64,000 nt of DNA from assembly GCA_008632985.1 (NCBI GenBank), contig QPGO01000057.1, positions 186,001-250,000 of the forward strand, read 5' to 3'. Made by a program: the position numbers and the translations under genes. This stretch comes from Psammoneis japonica. Lineage: Eukaryota. A model generated the notes under the pieces. That model ran no database searches. It had not been told where the DNA came from and saw nothing but the letters and a program-made list of their open reading frames with translations. How positions within the stretch are numbered: the first letter of the stretch is position 1; each line of letters opens with the position of its first letter. Positions 35,498-49,050 of the stretch are shown piece after piece.

Positions 35498-36047
35498 TTT
35501 ATGGGGAATGAGGAGCTTAATTGCAGCTCTTATCAAAGATCAGGGGAGAGAGCTGAGTAGTATAATACTGTATGAGAGATGAGAGATAACGCTTCCATAA
35601 GACAACAACCTGCTCTATCTTTTTGGCAATGGTTTGTTGCATAGTTATCATGCATCATGCCGCCGTTCTAGGATGCTGAGGCGGGTTCGCATACCGAATA
35701 ATTCGATATTAGTACTCGAAGAAAAAATAATTGGGCGTTAAATCAACGGACAAAGATGGAAATACTTTTTATATGTTATAATACAATAGTGTGGTCAAAT
35801 ATGTACTTTCTCATCTACTATTTAAATTTAATTAAGATATATTTATATAACAGGCACATGAATGACCGCTGCTGGTTTGTGCTGGCATCGGCGAAGTGAT
35901 GCAAAGAGGCAGATGAAGTCAGTGCACTTTCGTTTCTGCGACGCAAAGATACCGCTGCCGCTACGCTGTCGTCGGGTTACAAGTTACAAGCTTACCACCG
36001 GGAGAAGGATTGTATTATACAGGACATTGGCTTGTTACTAGCAAAAG

Positions 36048-37322
36048 ATGGCTGGGTCCTTTTCACTAAAGACCGTAATTGGAGTCGCGTTGGGTAGCGT
36101 GATTCTCTATCAGATTTATGCCTGGACCTATGTGATCACCAAGTTCCTCGCTGCTGGCTCTGGTCCATACGGAAGGACCTTGGCGGTCTCGGATGAGTTG
36201 GCTCTCAAGTTTCCCACCCAGTTCGTCCTCTTGCAGAAGATGGTGGTGCTTCCTATTCCCAACTACGCTGCAAAGGAGTATTATGAAAGTCAGAAAGAGA
36301 TCTTTGCGGAAGCCGCCCGCAACTTTGAGGTGCATCCATACTGGTTCACCTACAACGAGGCGAAGGACGGCATGACCTTTCGAGAAGTCGTGACGGAAAG
36401 AATCCGAGCCATGCACAAGCAGTACCAAGAGAGTGGTCGTATGGATTACCGTCTCGAGAAGGACCGCTGCGCACAGTTTGAGTTTTTGCGTCGCAACAAC
36501 ATTCGTCATCCCGAGATCAAGAAGACGTGGTATTCCCGTGAAGACGCGTTGAAGGAGATTGAATCAGGAACCGCCGTCGAGACAATGGAACACTGGCCGG
36601 TCTTTTTCAAGGCGTGCCACCTCACGCAACGGTCTTCCATGGGAAGTTTCGCCGTGTCCAACAAGAAGAAGTTTGATGAGGACAAGGAAGAGCTCATTGA
36701 ATGGCTCAACGACAAGTGGACGTATCGCTCGCGAGATGTGGACAGGCCGTGGCAAAAAGAGGGAGATGCATTGACCGACGAGCTCACCCCCGCCATTATC
36801 ATTCAAGAACCCATGGTTCAGACAGGAGCAAAGCCTCACGCTGCGTTTGAACTAGAAGGACGCGTGTCTGTTGGCCTTGTGGAAATCAAGGCAGAAGTTT
36901 TCTGGGGTAGGGTCTACCTTATGCAGTTTGATGCCACTACTGTGTTCCATCGCGATCATGGTGTGATTGAGGAGTATGGCAAGGGAATTGCTTCGGTCAT
37001 TCACAAGCCCGGAGAACCAGACGAACGCTCTTTGTGGATGCGTGACGAGGGACACATTGACTGTGTCATTGAGCTTGCCGAGCGTGTTGCAAAGGCTGCC
37101 CACATTGAGTACATTCGTGTGGATATCTTTTTGGACAGGGGTGATCCTAAGGGCTGCGTCGTAAATGAAGTTTCTCTCAGCAGTGGTTACGTGTATTATG
37201 GGCATGAGCAGTATATGGCAAGCCTTTGGGCCACGCCTCTCCAAAACAAGTCATACAAGGTTTACGACTCCACCGAACCTGTGTACATGCTCGCTCCTGA
37301 TGATGAACCGACCTCAGAGTAG
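36048..37322 (+). CDS. Type II membrane ATP-grasp protein (TupA-like)
   Basis: N-terminal TM helix; FFKACHL, IIIQEP, AERVAK..IEYIRVDIF...VVNEVSLSSG are ATP-grasp C-terminal motifs. Confidence 0.7.
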   Translation: MAGSFSLKTVIGVALGSVILYQIYAWTYVITKFLAAGSGPYGRTLAVSDELALKFPTQFVLLQKMVVLPIPNYAAKEYYESQKEIFAEAARNFEVHPYWFTYNEAKDGMTFREVVTERIRAMHKQYQESGRMDYRLEKDRCAQFEFLRRNNIRHPEIKKTWYSREDALKEIESGTAVETMEHWPVFFKACHLTQRSSMGSFAVSNKKKFDEDKEELIEWLNDKWTYRSRDVDRPWQKEGDALTDELTPAIIIQEPMVQTGAKPHAAFELEGRVSVGLVEIKAEVFWGRVYLMQFDATTVFHRDHGVIEEYGKGIASVIHKPGEPDERSLWMRDEGHIDCVIELAERVAKAAHIEYIRVDIFLDRGDPKGCVVNEVSLSSGYVYYGHEQYMASLWATPLQNKSYKVYDSTEPVYMLAPDDEPTSE

Positions 37323-37487
37323 TTCTGAGACGTATTTGCGGGATGATTATTATTTGTGTGAATGTATAAGTGCAGAATTATTTACTTTCTTTGGTTGTCT
37401 ACTTTCGTTCAATTTGTATGAACCACTCTACGGTGCAGTACTGTAGGCGGCTCGACTTGGTCTGAAGCTCCCCAAATCAAATCAAAC

Positions 37488-40400
37488 TTGGCTTGGCGCT
37501 TGTTGGATGATGATTCTTTCTCCGAGTCTATGGATAGTCCCGGTTATTCTAGTCAGCCAGACGTACGCAACCCGACGACCGTCCATCGTACGCTGATTTG
37601 TAAATTGACATCGACACCAAAAAAACACACCGCACCATGGTGCATGAAATTCGGAGGCCCACCAATCGATGACTGTAACGATTTCAAAAGCGACACCGCA
37701 CAGTCTATCAATCACCACACTAACTGCATTTTATCTGTCCAATGTGAGTGGTCGTGTGAGGATAAAACGTCTGTCTTGTTCTTCATGATCATCACGATTG
37801 TCACCCAATCCCCCAAGCGTCCTCGACATGATGTGCTCGCAGTGATGGAACCAGAGGGTTTAGAGTGCTCCAAATGCAACATGCAGACATCAAATGCACT
37901 GGGAACATGTTTTATGGAGCAATTGGTTGTTTGAGAAAACACACGCTTTGTGTTGGATGCTTCGCGAGAGCATGTGTGCAGCGGTCTCTGGGAAAACACA
38001 ACAAACAACTGACATGCCCAAAGAGTGACACCCTTTGCGCCAAGTGTCAGAGCCATTCTTTTTAACACACTCCATGAGATGGAAAAAATAGAATGCAGAG
38101 AAGAGCCTCTGATCATAAAATGGAGCAACCTGGCCCAGAAGAAGGAGACTTTGTTCGACAGGTGTTTGCACCTCGACTTGGCAAATGTGTTCGATTTGAA
38201 TCGACAGTCATGGAGAGCCCAACAGTGCAGGTGTGGCTGTGTGGCTTGCAATTCAAAGTGGGCTGAGGAGATGAAAGCCATGAACCAAGTGCAGCTTGAC
38301 ATGTTGGAGGGATGGCTGTCTGCTGTGCAGTCGCAACTCAACAAGGAGGAGGCAATTGTCCATGCTGCCTTTTCAGCCTTTTGCAAGAGCACCGCTGCAA
38401 ATGCAGGGACCTGTGTGAGAAGTTCTCCACATGGTTCTCTGGAGCTGGGGCCATTGCACAAGCCATGCCCAAACTGTCCAGGCATGTTTGCTCATCACTG
38501 AGATGACACAATCGACTGGCCCTGTCACAAGCACTGACAAGTGTCATGGGATTTCCTGACATTCTTCTTTGCAATTTGCCAATGCATTGTTTGATGCCAA
38601 TGTCACCTCATGTGAAGGGGATTACATTCAAGTTCATGACTGTGCCCAAAAGGCAGATCACACCAACATTGAAGGAGACAACTGCTTTCATTGCAACAAA
38701 CCTCCCGCCACTGCTGGATTGGTGCATTTGGCCAAAGGTCACCATTGCAAGGCTCTGCCCTCAAGCTGGCCTCTGTTTCTGGTCCACTGGACAGCTTCAA
38801 CACTGTGCTGAGCATGAAAGATGTTGCGCTGCATGGTGCTCTTTTGGCAATTGCTGCAAACTGAAAAGAAGCCAGCTTTGCTTCATGTTGGTGCCACTGT
38901 CAGTGACTGGCACAGTGCTTGCAGATGGAAACTCAATGGGGCGGTTTGCTGCTGGACTGGAGTCAAGTTGGCTCCCTTGGTTTGTGATGGGCACAAGTTG
39001 TGCATGGACCAGCTTCATTCAGGAGCTGAAACCACAGCTCCTGCTTGACCTGCAACACTTGGACTTCCATGTTAACATGATCTTGCTTGATGAGATCTGG
39101 GGCTGGTGCTTGGTCAAGCACCTTTCTCCCTGCCGGCATGCGCAACTTTTGATGTCATGTGTCTCAAGTTTGGCTTGTCAGCCAACAAGTTGCAGATGTT
39201 CTGCAGGTCACCAAGTGTCAACGCTGGAGGAGAACATGTTGAGCGATGCTCATGCCATGATTTTCTGCAAGCAATTTCCTGTTGTGGAAATGTGCACATG
39301 CCTGGACCAACGGCTGGTCTCTCACTTCTTGCACATGTCACTTCTGAGTGAACCCAGGAATGGTGTGTTCAGAGCACAATTTGGTGCTTTGAGGGAGGAG
39401 ACAAGAAACAAAGTGATCAGGGGTCAAAATGGGGCACTTGTCTGGCTCCTGAAATGAGAGACATTGCTGAAGGAGTTTTGATGTGGATGACAGCAGTGAT
39501 GATGACAATGAGCTCATGGTTGACTTTGATGCCATGAATCCAGAAGATTTGTGCCAAATCACCATGGGGAGGGGGGGGGCAAATCTGCAGTGGTGGGTGC
39601 CATTGTTCCCAACAGAGTGGAGCTTGTGCATTGACAAAGAATCTCTGGAACAGGCGCTTTGTGTGCACTGTCATCTCCATGTCCATTTCACCATTGGCGC
39701 ATTGGGCGGCAAATGATGCCACCACACATTCAGGCCAAGGACCGCCACAATCACACCAGATGTTGCCAGCATCACAAAGCACCTGCACATCTGCATCATC
39801 AAACAACTTGAAAGAAAAGATTTCATGATTCAATTGAACATGATTGGCGCTGTTGCTTTTTGGAATAACCCATCTGTGAACGGCTGGTGCATCACTTTTT
39901 GTTCAATGAAGTGCAGCAAAACATGAGAGCCTGACACACACCACACTTTTGCCCAAATCCAGCAACCAACCCACCAGCCATTTGTCAGTGAATTGGAAGC
40001 TTCTTTCAATTTGCATTCACCACAGAGTGGAGAGCAACTAATGAAAGTGGCAAAATGAATGTGCCATGAGCAATGGCCACTGACTCCAACAGACCTCACT
40101 TCCCTCAAACAGCAGACATTCTCCAAAGCGATTTTTGGAAGAGATTTTGAAGGTGTTTGTGCCCAATCAGATTGATGGTGGAGATCAAGCAATGATCAAG
40201 ACAGGCCAGATTGAGCTCTTCCAAATTTTCACAATGTGCCTTGAAGGCTTCTCTCAAATCTGGACCTCCAGGTGTTTTGGCAAAGATGAGCAGTGTTTGT
40301 TGCGATCCCGTCAAAGCCATTTTGGCTCAAAGCAGATCTTTTTGCAAGTTGTCTTCTTGTGCAGCTCCCTTTCCCAATGCTCTAAATTCTTAACCTTCAA

Positions 40401-40930
40401 TCTCTCAAAATCATGGTGATGTTTGTCGAGCATGACAAAATCCTTGGCTTTCTCATCAACAATTCCGGGGCACTTGGAGCAAACCGCGGCTGATCTTGGG
40501 GTTGCCGCAGAAGCCCCCACCAACTTTGTGACACATTGCGGCAAACCTTTGCTGTTGACTCCCTTTGTGTCATTAAAATCAAGCTTCAGCAGCTTCAAAG
40601 TTCCATCAAGCAACTGACAGACAATTCAACGTGAAAATCGTTCAACACTTTGGGGGCACAATTCATGACAACATCGGTCGGTTGCTGTGTGATGAAAAAA
40701 TCCTTGTCATTTAAAGAAGACAGAGACAAGGTGTCACTTGTCAAACAGTTGCAGTTGTTGAGTTGTGGGCCTCCAAATTTCACATGCCGTGGTGCGGTGT
40801 GTTTCTTTAGTGTCGGGTGCAGAGGTGTCAACTTGCAAATCAGCTTGCAACGGACGGTCCCCGGCTTGCATTTTCTTGGGAGTGCACAGATGAAATTAAG
40901 AAAGCCAGAGTGGAAGATACCTAAGCACAT
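37488..40930. pseudogene. Convergent (inverted) pair of degenerate paralogous genes or repeats, hypermutated
   Basis: Plus-strand TVHRTLICKLTSTPKKHTAPWCMKFGGPPIDDCNDFKSDT (~37.58-37.7 kb) matches minus-strand TVRCKLICKLTPLHPTLKKHTAPRHVKFGGPQLNNCNCLTSDT (~40.73-40.86 kb). The interior is TpA-depleted. Confidence 0.65.
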
Positions 40931-41261
40931 TGAAAATTACCGGTAACAAGTTTAGATTCATGTCAGAGATGGTAGAGGAAAAACGGGACCGCAATCCCTG
41001 TTGTAGCAAGAGCTGTCACATCACACCACCGTCGAGAGTGAGTCTTGAATCGGTCGTAGCATCCAAGTCTTGGGTGCGAACGACGGGAAGTCACTTTTGC
41101 GCTTACGTCACATCCGAAATTTTGCAACGAACATACAGATATGAAGGAAGCATTACCGTACTTTTTCTACTGAGAGCTACAGGAGCAGGATGAAGGACGG
41201 GCCAGCGACGCAAAATTCACGAGAATTGCATGCCAATGCTCTGTGATCACAGTGCGTGACG

Positions 41262-42879
41262 ATGAGGAGCTTTCACGCTTGATTTTAGTCGCTATTCTGA
41301 CTGCTGTATTTGCGGAAACTACCCCTCAAACAGCTGCTGACAAGGACAGTCGCAACATCAACGATGACTGTGTGGTATGGCAAACTTACAACGATACGTT
41401 CAAAGCAAGCTTGCTTCAACAGCAGAAAGATACTGCTGTAGGTGCGGATAGTCAAGTCGCTTGCCGAGTGCTTCAGCAAAGGAACGGTGACTCCGCCAAT
41501 GAATATTATGAATTCGGAACCATGGATCTATCTGATGTCGCTTTAGGAAGCTCATCGACGCCGCCGTGTATCCTCCACAGGGATCCTTCTCAGCCTCGGG
41601 AGGAATTTGAAATCGCAGTTAAAGACGAGGCGAGGTGTGATCACTTTTGGGCACCGATATCGTTTGACGTGGATCCCCTTGGGCCCAACATTGTAAAGGT
41701 GATATCGAGGCTCCTGAATTGGACGCGCTGACGGACATTGCGATTTGTCGCTTCAAGAGTGAGGGTCACGAGTACATTGGGCGAATGTTGATGAAAGGAA
41801 AGATGTTTGGGCACTGTGCATTCCTACCCACAGGCAGTAACGAGGCAGTCCTTGTCGGTGGGAACTTTTTAGTCTTAAGTGCCATACCTAGAGAGAATGC
41901 AGAGATTGCTGAGCCTGACGACGGACACAGTCAACAGCGGAGCATCCTAGTTGGCGAGATTCAGAAACGCGTCAATCTCTATCTCTCTGAGCAGGACGGA
42001 AATCTCATCTCCTCCATCTCCGGATATTCGGTAGAAGAGCTTATGAAGGATCTGAGCAATCCCTCTGTTACCAGCTACAATACCTTAACCCGTATCCTTT
42101 CCACGGACCGATTTATTCCTCACGACGTGTTGAACACAAAGGGTCTGACACTGCTAAGAGCTGTACTAGCAGAACGAATGACGTTGGCGCGAAGGAGGCA
42201 TCTTGGACTTGATCGCCATGCTGACACTGCAGCTTGGGAAAGAGACGGAGTGCTACTGAAGGACTTTGACTACTACACCAACCAGGATAACTTGGAAGAG
42301 TTCGAGGAACTTTTGAAAATGGTTGCGGCAGCGAAATCTGTATCTGTCTCGAAATTCACGTGGGTCGAACGAAATGTGACAAGCGTGGCTGATGACCCAC
42401 AACTAGAACCGCACATTGACACCTTTTACAGTGTCGTCAAGATTTGGGTTTATGAGAAGGGCGTCGTCACGGCTGACAAGGGACCACTGCACTACATGCG
42501 CGGTTCCAATCGAAACACCAAGGGCAAACTCCAATGGATGTACAATGTGTCCCTGCCTCCTGCTACCGAGGCAATCCGAGAACCATCCCTGCGCTTCCAT
42601 GGAGACGTCAGAGCGTTTTCGGGAGAAAGTATCATGACGGATATCCTTCGACCAGTGTTGCCTCTGGACAGCTTTAACCGCACAATGATTATTGCTGATA
42701 CGAGCGGAATTCATCATCGCGGAAGCGCGGTGCCAGGAACGGTGCGAAAGACAATACGAGTATCAAATGGTAATGACGGCGGTCTTCCCAGAGTAGATCC
42801 CTATTTCTGGGATGGCTGGGAACGGCCTGAAGCGACCCACGATGAGGCCGCAGAATGTTTGGTGGAACCCGTCTCGTAG
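41262..42879 (+). CDS. Secreted protein with DM9-like repeats plus PhyH-like 2OG-Fe(II) dioxygenase; two apparent 1-nt frameshifts
   Basis: Reconstructed signal peptide MRSFHALILVAILTAVFA; AICRFKSEGHEYIGRM; PHIDTFYSVVKIWVY...GPLHYMRGS...IADTSGIHHRG (HxD...H triad). Confidence 0.72.
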
Positions 42880-45800
42880 CTTGCTTGAAAAGACAAAATA
42901 ACCCTACTATATGTGAAAAGTTAAAATAATGAAATGAACAGTGACTTTATTCTTGGAGGGTTTGAAATACGTCCACTAGGGCAAGCTAGTCTTATCCGAT
43001 GCCGTCGCGGTTGTGTTTGATTTGAGCCGCCCATGGGCAAGGTAACGGCAAATGTTACGGAGGCAAGGCATCATTATCCGGAATCTTGCTCAAGCGACAA
43101 AACTACCTCAGAGTGGTATTAGTTGCCACGGCTAGGAGTGAAAAAGTCCGTCCTGATTGGAGAGTAAACGCGTGAGAGCATAGCCAGATCATCTGGTGGC
43201 AGAGACGGCCCTATGTGATTTCGTGAGCCTGCAATGAGTGCTTCAAACTGATGTTCACAACCCAGGTAAACATTCTTTCCCGATGCTGATATACCGGTAT
43301 AAGCTGAGGCTCGCATTCGCTAACTCTGCCTAGCACATATACCGGTACTTGCAAGGAAACGAGCGCTTACATTTCAAATTATGTTTTCTCTTGCCGGCTA
43401 AGGAGTGATGCGCAGACAAGTCGTTCGACTCACCTTACTCTCTAGGTAATGTATCCAACCTGGTATTATTTTGAATCGACTAGGGTGCAGCAGCGCTGGA
43501 TATGCCGCAATAGAATTATTTCTCACCTTCGTCGTCGAGAAAGGTCCAGATCTGATGTAACAACACGTTCGTCAGCCCTGCGTGGTCGACTCACGACGTG
43601 GTGTACTACGTCAAATTTAGAAAGAAAAGGAGCAGCGCTGCCGCATAGACTTTGGCTTCGCTCGAACCGACATCTTTGTGAGAGGTGTTTCAATGGCAAA
43701 AGTTGCTGTTACAGAGCTACACGGAAGAAAGAAGATAAACGGAGTGAATTGCATTCGTTGGTGCATAAAATATCGTCAATCAAACAGGCTGAGAAGGAAG
43801 GTAACAGTACGTGGTCTCAACATGCAGGGCATTCTGTGGTAGTGACAATGCACTGATTCGGCATTGGCCTGGCAACCGATAGAACACCTCCAACACCCTT
43901 TTTACGGTGCGCACCTTGAGATTGTACTACGTTTCGAGCTACCATAACCCGCCATTGTAGGATGCATAAGCAAGTAGAGCAGAACACTGTTGCCAACGAA
44001 TGAATGAATCTCAACAAGAACGAGCCAGAGAGTTGTCCGAAATGCAGGAACGATTCCCACGTCACCAAATCTCCCATTCGAAAGAAGAGCTTTCAGCATG
44101 TCCCTGTATCCACCGTCTGGAGTTTGAGAGTCAGCAGATAAGCCAAGAAGACGTGCTCCTTTTTCTTGCCTCATTTACACTCTCTCCGTTGCACTTGAGC
44201 TCAACATCGTTTAGCTTTTGCATCCTCTGGTCAGTGCTGGTTTCATTAATGTGTCACAACGTCGATTAGTTCGGGTTTTTGTCACTCGTGATAGACTTTA
44301 GACGAACAAAGAACTCTGGTTTGCAATTGGGCGAACTCAATGGGACCCCGACAAGCGGAGGTGCAGTCTTGGGAGGAGTGATTCGAATATTCAAGCTAAC
44401 ATGGCAACGCCCCGTTTTATACATGCGTGGTTGCCGTTCGAAATGTCTTTCTCACCAATCCTTATCTTTCGAATAATCTAAGCTCCAAGCTCATACCACT
44501 TTCTGGTCTCATTTACAACAACAGAGGCCGTCATCATTCCTCAAAGCAAAACCTCGTCCTTGCATGCCCGCGCTTGATAGTATACGATACAGCTTCAAGG
44601 AAGGTGATGGAGAGTAGGCTTTTTTTCTTAGGCATCACTCGATTTCGCCAATCGAACCCGTCCTTTCGGATCTATTACGCTCTATTGATAACAACAAATC
44701 GACATTGCAGCAAGTCAAGCGAGTCACGTGATAGTCTCCATTTCCAACTAGTCAAGCCTCCAAGCATGTCTGCTCCACATAGTCAGCCAAAAGCATGCAG
44801 GGATGCCGTTTCTCCACCGGTTCTTGAGGGAAGCAGAAGGGAAGTGAACAGCATTAAGTTTTCTGTCCGTGATCCCCAGATTGTTCTACACTACACATGG
44901 TATTCACCTACATGCCGGCAGCTTTCTTTCAAAGCATTTTCGCTCCACCTATGAACAGGATGCGAAGGTGAGATGGAGCCCGTAGCGGTTGTTCTGATGG
45001 TAATTTTGAATTTGTAGCAAAGTCTTGCTTGGCAGTTCTACAGGTGTTCTGTATATGAGATAGCCCCAATGCACCATGCACCGTCCAGAGCCCACACTAG
45101 TGAAGCATTTGAAAGAAGCTCGAGCGTCGTACAAGGTCCAAACGGCAACGATCGCATCGTGCTGATCAGTCGATAAGGACGACTCCTTCCACTTCATGGT
45201 CGTTTTGAGTACCAGAATGTTTTTCTTTAAACCTTGAAAGCAGCTGCTAGCGAGAATTGGGTCACGCTTAGCACCCAAATCGTTGAACCTGTAAAGTGTT
45301 TGATGTCACTTTCAGGGCTTGGCTTCCATGCGTTTGCCTTGAGCACTTATGCCTTCCACCAAGTTTGGTACGGTATATTCCCGTCTTCTCGTCAGCCATG
45401 GCGGCGAACATCCCAATATCGATCGGATATGAATCATCAGCTGCACCAAAGGCATACTGTAGCAGTGTTAGTTGCGAGCTGGATGTCGGTTGGTTGGGCC
45501 ATTGTCAGTTGTTGGTGGTTGCGGTGCCGTTATTGACAGGAAATTGGAGAAGAAGGAAATCGGAAAATCAGGAATCGCTTCCAAACTGATGCGGGCTATA
45601 TTTTTCTGTGGAGGGAGATTTGCGGTACAAGTTTATGTAGACTTCTACGCGTTTTTGAAAATTTGCCTGCGATGGACGGAGCGCACGATGCAGTCTCAAT
45701 AGTTGAGAGTTGGGAGATAGAGTCTGTCGCCATGGCACTCTTGTCAATAGGAAAAGATTCTTTTGTGTCTACACGATCATGTTTTGGTAGCCATCAAGTC

Positions 45801-46874
45801 TGCAACAGAGTTTTCCGTCACTTCTGGTGAATGAAACTGAAGCGTGGGTGCGCCTTTGCCAGACTTGCTCATGGTGCATACGGGGTTTGCGTGTTGACAC
45901 CTACTGTATTGTGTATAGCCATCAGCAGGCCGCCCATCAAGTCATCACCAGAATGAGACGAAAGACCGAGAACGGCATTGTTCGGTTTATGGCGTGCACA
46001 GCTTTCCCGTTGTGTTTTTTCGATATTCCTTTCTTGTCTCCCGCGCTCGCGATGAAGCGCAAAACGGAATAAGCTGGTAGTTTCACTCAGAGAATGTGAT
46101 CGACATGCTTTTATCAATCGATTCTTATACGCCATCAAACTGCCAATCTCAATGAAACGGTAAAGTTTGACAGTAAACTTCCGGGAATGCTTGTGATTGA
46201 TACACCAGTCCACGAGTCCTTCACCAATCTTCGATCTCGCGGATCTTCCCCTTGTGACCTTGCTATTCTCGCTGTCGATCTTCTGCATGGTTTGTAGCAG
46301 CAGACAATCGAAAGTCTCACCATGTAGAGTAAGCGATACTGTCCTTTTGTTGTAGGATTGAACAAGGTGAACAGATGCTACGTGTTCTGTAGAATTTCTA
46401 CGGAAGCGAAGGTTCAGCTGCAGGAACAGGGCGGTAACTCAAACTTGTACTGGGAAATGGGAGACGATGATTGGACCAATTCTGACTTTGTCCCGCTCGC
46501 CGTGACGTGGACTACAGAGGGAGTTCAAGGTGTCTTGATGCTACTTTGTGGAATGGCTCAACGCAAGCTATCGAAGAAAATCATGGAAGAAAAATCATGT
46601 GGTGCGGCAACTTGCAGCGTACGGATTTGGAAGTGTGGGCATGACTGTAGATGCTCTGGTGCTGAATGGCCACCCTCCTACGAGTACGGGAGGTGATTTG
46701 TACCCTGGATGGTCCAATTGTTACTGAAATGCGAGGCTTGTCGTTGCCACCACCACGCCGAGAAATGAGGATCAAGTCTGATTACATGCATCATAAAGAT
46801 ATGGTACGCTGGCGATAGTCCTGTGCATTGGACTCGTCGGTTGTGGTCTACTATCTTGGCTACATTCGATTCTT

Positions 46875-47770
46875 AGACTGTTGGAGAAAATGGCGAAGAG
46901 GAAGATATCAAGGCGGAGGTCACGTCTGATATGATTGAGCTCGATGACAAGTTGAGTACAGACGAAAAAGGAGTAATGGTCCAGGCGTCAACCTTGGGTG
47001 CACTCAAAGTGCTCCTTCGGTTCTCGAGCAAAGGAACAAACCCGATGATAGCCGTCAGTTTTATCGGGGTTGGAGTGGTACACAAGCGTGACGTGACGAT
47101 AGTCTCCGTTATGAACGGAAAAGGCTGTCCCGAGTACGCCACGTTTGATGTGACGATGGAGCGAGAGGCCCGAGAATGTGCCAAAGAGATGAGCATCCAA
47201 ATCTTCGTGACGAACATTATCTACTAGGGCCCCACCTTGTTGATCAGTTCACCGGGTTCATGGACGAACTAGCGGAGAGGCAGCAGCGTAAGTCGCATCC
47301 GCGTGCTTTGCTGCGTACGAGTAGTTGCAGGTCTGTACTTGATTAACTCACACTTAATTTGTCTTTTTAGCTCATAGTGCCGCTGTGTTTCTCAGCATTA
47401 TCTAGATTTGCTTCTACACATTTTAAGCAAAAAGGATCCAATCATTGTTGGTGTTGAAGTTGCGGAAGGTATTCTCAAAGTTGGTGCTACATTGTGTATC
47501 CGAGGCTTGGGAGGACGACACATTGGAAAAGTGACCTCCATTGAGAGCAACAGCAAGGAGCGACCGCTCGCAAGGGTTCGTCCGTGGCCATCATGATTGT
47601 CAATGAAGAATTCCCAATATTCAATACTGTCGTCCATTTGATTCGTCTCACAGCCTCGACTCGACCCCGACACGTGCATCAGTCAATGCGCTCAAGGCCA
47701 ACTTCAAAAACAAGCTCGAGAACATTGATTGGAGACTTGTTGTCCAGCTGAGAAAGGTATTGAATAATAT
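46875..47770 (+). pseudogene. EIF5B: Decayed C-terminal fragment of translation initiation factor eIF5B
   Basis: GVMVQASTLGALKVLLRF...IGVGVVHKRDV...FDV...IFVTNIIY*..HLVDQFT; after an intron-like GT..AG, KKDPIIVGVEVAEGILKVG...IGKVTSIESN; C-terminal INALKANFK...DWRLVVQLRKV. Contains stops and indels, and the GTPase domain is missing. Confidence 0.8.
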
Positions 47771-48694
47771 CTATAACAGCCAGTGGAGGATGTGGTACCG
47801 TCACATCAATAAACTCACGAATTTCGAATCTTTTTCGTTCGTCTCTGGGGAGTATTCTAGCTAGCTACTTCAGAATCGAAATTCTTCTGTTGCTCCGCCA
47901 GTTCGGCAGAACACTTGTAACTCCCTAACACGACGAATCCATAAAAAACGTGCAGGCGATATCAGCGCCAACATATCATCTCGGGGCATACCGTACCGGT
48001 AACGAATACCCCATCGTGGAACCCTTCTGAAAAAGAGAGCGGTATGGTACAAAAAATAGAAATGACAACATCAAAGTACGCAACAACAACGCAAGCGCTA
48101 CGACCGTCATCGTAGTCCATTGACGTACGTACGGAATAACTTACACGCAACTAAAGATCGCTATATTGTACTATTAGTCTTTCTACTTCTATTGGAAAAG
48201 TTTCAAAATGTGTTTCAAAAATTTGAAACACACAAATGTCAAAAGTTGATATAGAAATCGGTCGCGTAGGGTAGTGATGCCTCAAGAGCAACATCAAAAG
48301 ATGGCGCTCAAGCTTTTTCGTATCTTTAAAGTGAAATATCACCCAAAAAAAAGAAAAAGGGGGGACGTAATACGGAGACAACAAGAAAACTTGCAAGTCA
48401 ACCGCTTGCTAAGCCATTCACTCCCTACGAGTGAAGGCTTACCGTGCTACCGTGTCACCGGTACGGCGAAACCCCGATTCAGCGTTCCATCAACGGTATG
48501 ATCTGCTCGACAAGCTCTTGCTGCTTTGCAGACGAACACTTGCTGTCTGTTTCAACAGCCGTGGTCTTGACTGACCAAGTGAACGGACAACTTCCTACGC
48601 TCAAAGACACGAGAGTGACATGGACTCAAGGCCGGAGAGACGCATTCGATTTGCCCCGACCTCCGGACTTAACTGGCAACACCTACGCTACCGA

Positions 48695-49050
48695 TTGGAG
48701 ACAACACGCCATCAAGCATGATGAGTTGTGGAACACCAAACAAGAGCTAGCTCTCTATTATCCGCAAGAAGGGCGAGCCATCCTGGGCGATCGCGGCAAT
48801 CGTTGCTTGGCGAACAACAACACATCGTGCGAGACAACGAGTTGTGAGTGAAAGAGCGCGAAAGGAAAAGCTTTCGAGAGATTTTGTGTGTCGTGACCGT
48901 TGCTAATTTTCTCAATCACTATCATTTTTGTGTATCTTTGTATAATCGATACCATCACTTCGTATGTAGAACATTCGTGAGATCTTGGTACTTTCAAAAT
49001 TATTACCAATTCCTACGTAAACTTTACGTAACGGTCCAAAACGCAAAAAA
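48695..49050 (+). repeat. Non-hypermutated copy of a dispersed repeat (partner at 52325-52670)
   Basis: Alignable by eye over ~350 bp (acaacac.ccatcaagc...gagattttgtg...ctcaatcact.tcattttt...ctttcaaaatt). Confidence 0.9.

Noticed and set aside
43000..46800. Short ORFs as genes
   Set aside because: No long frame or recognisable domain; probably decayed gene or repeat fragments that I cannot identify.
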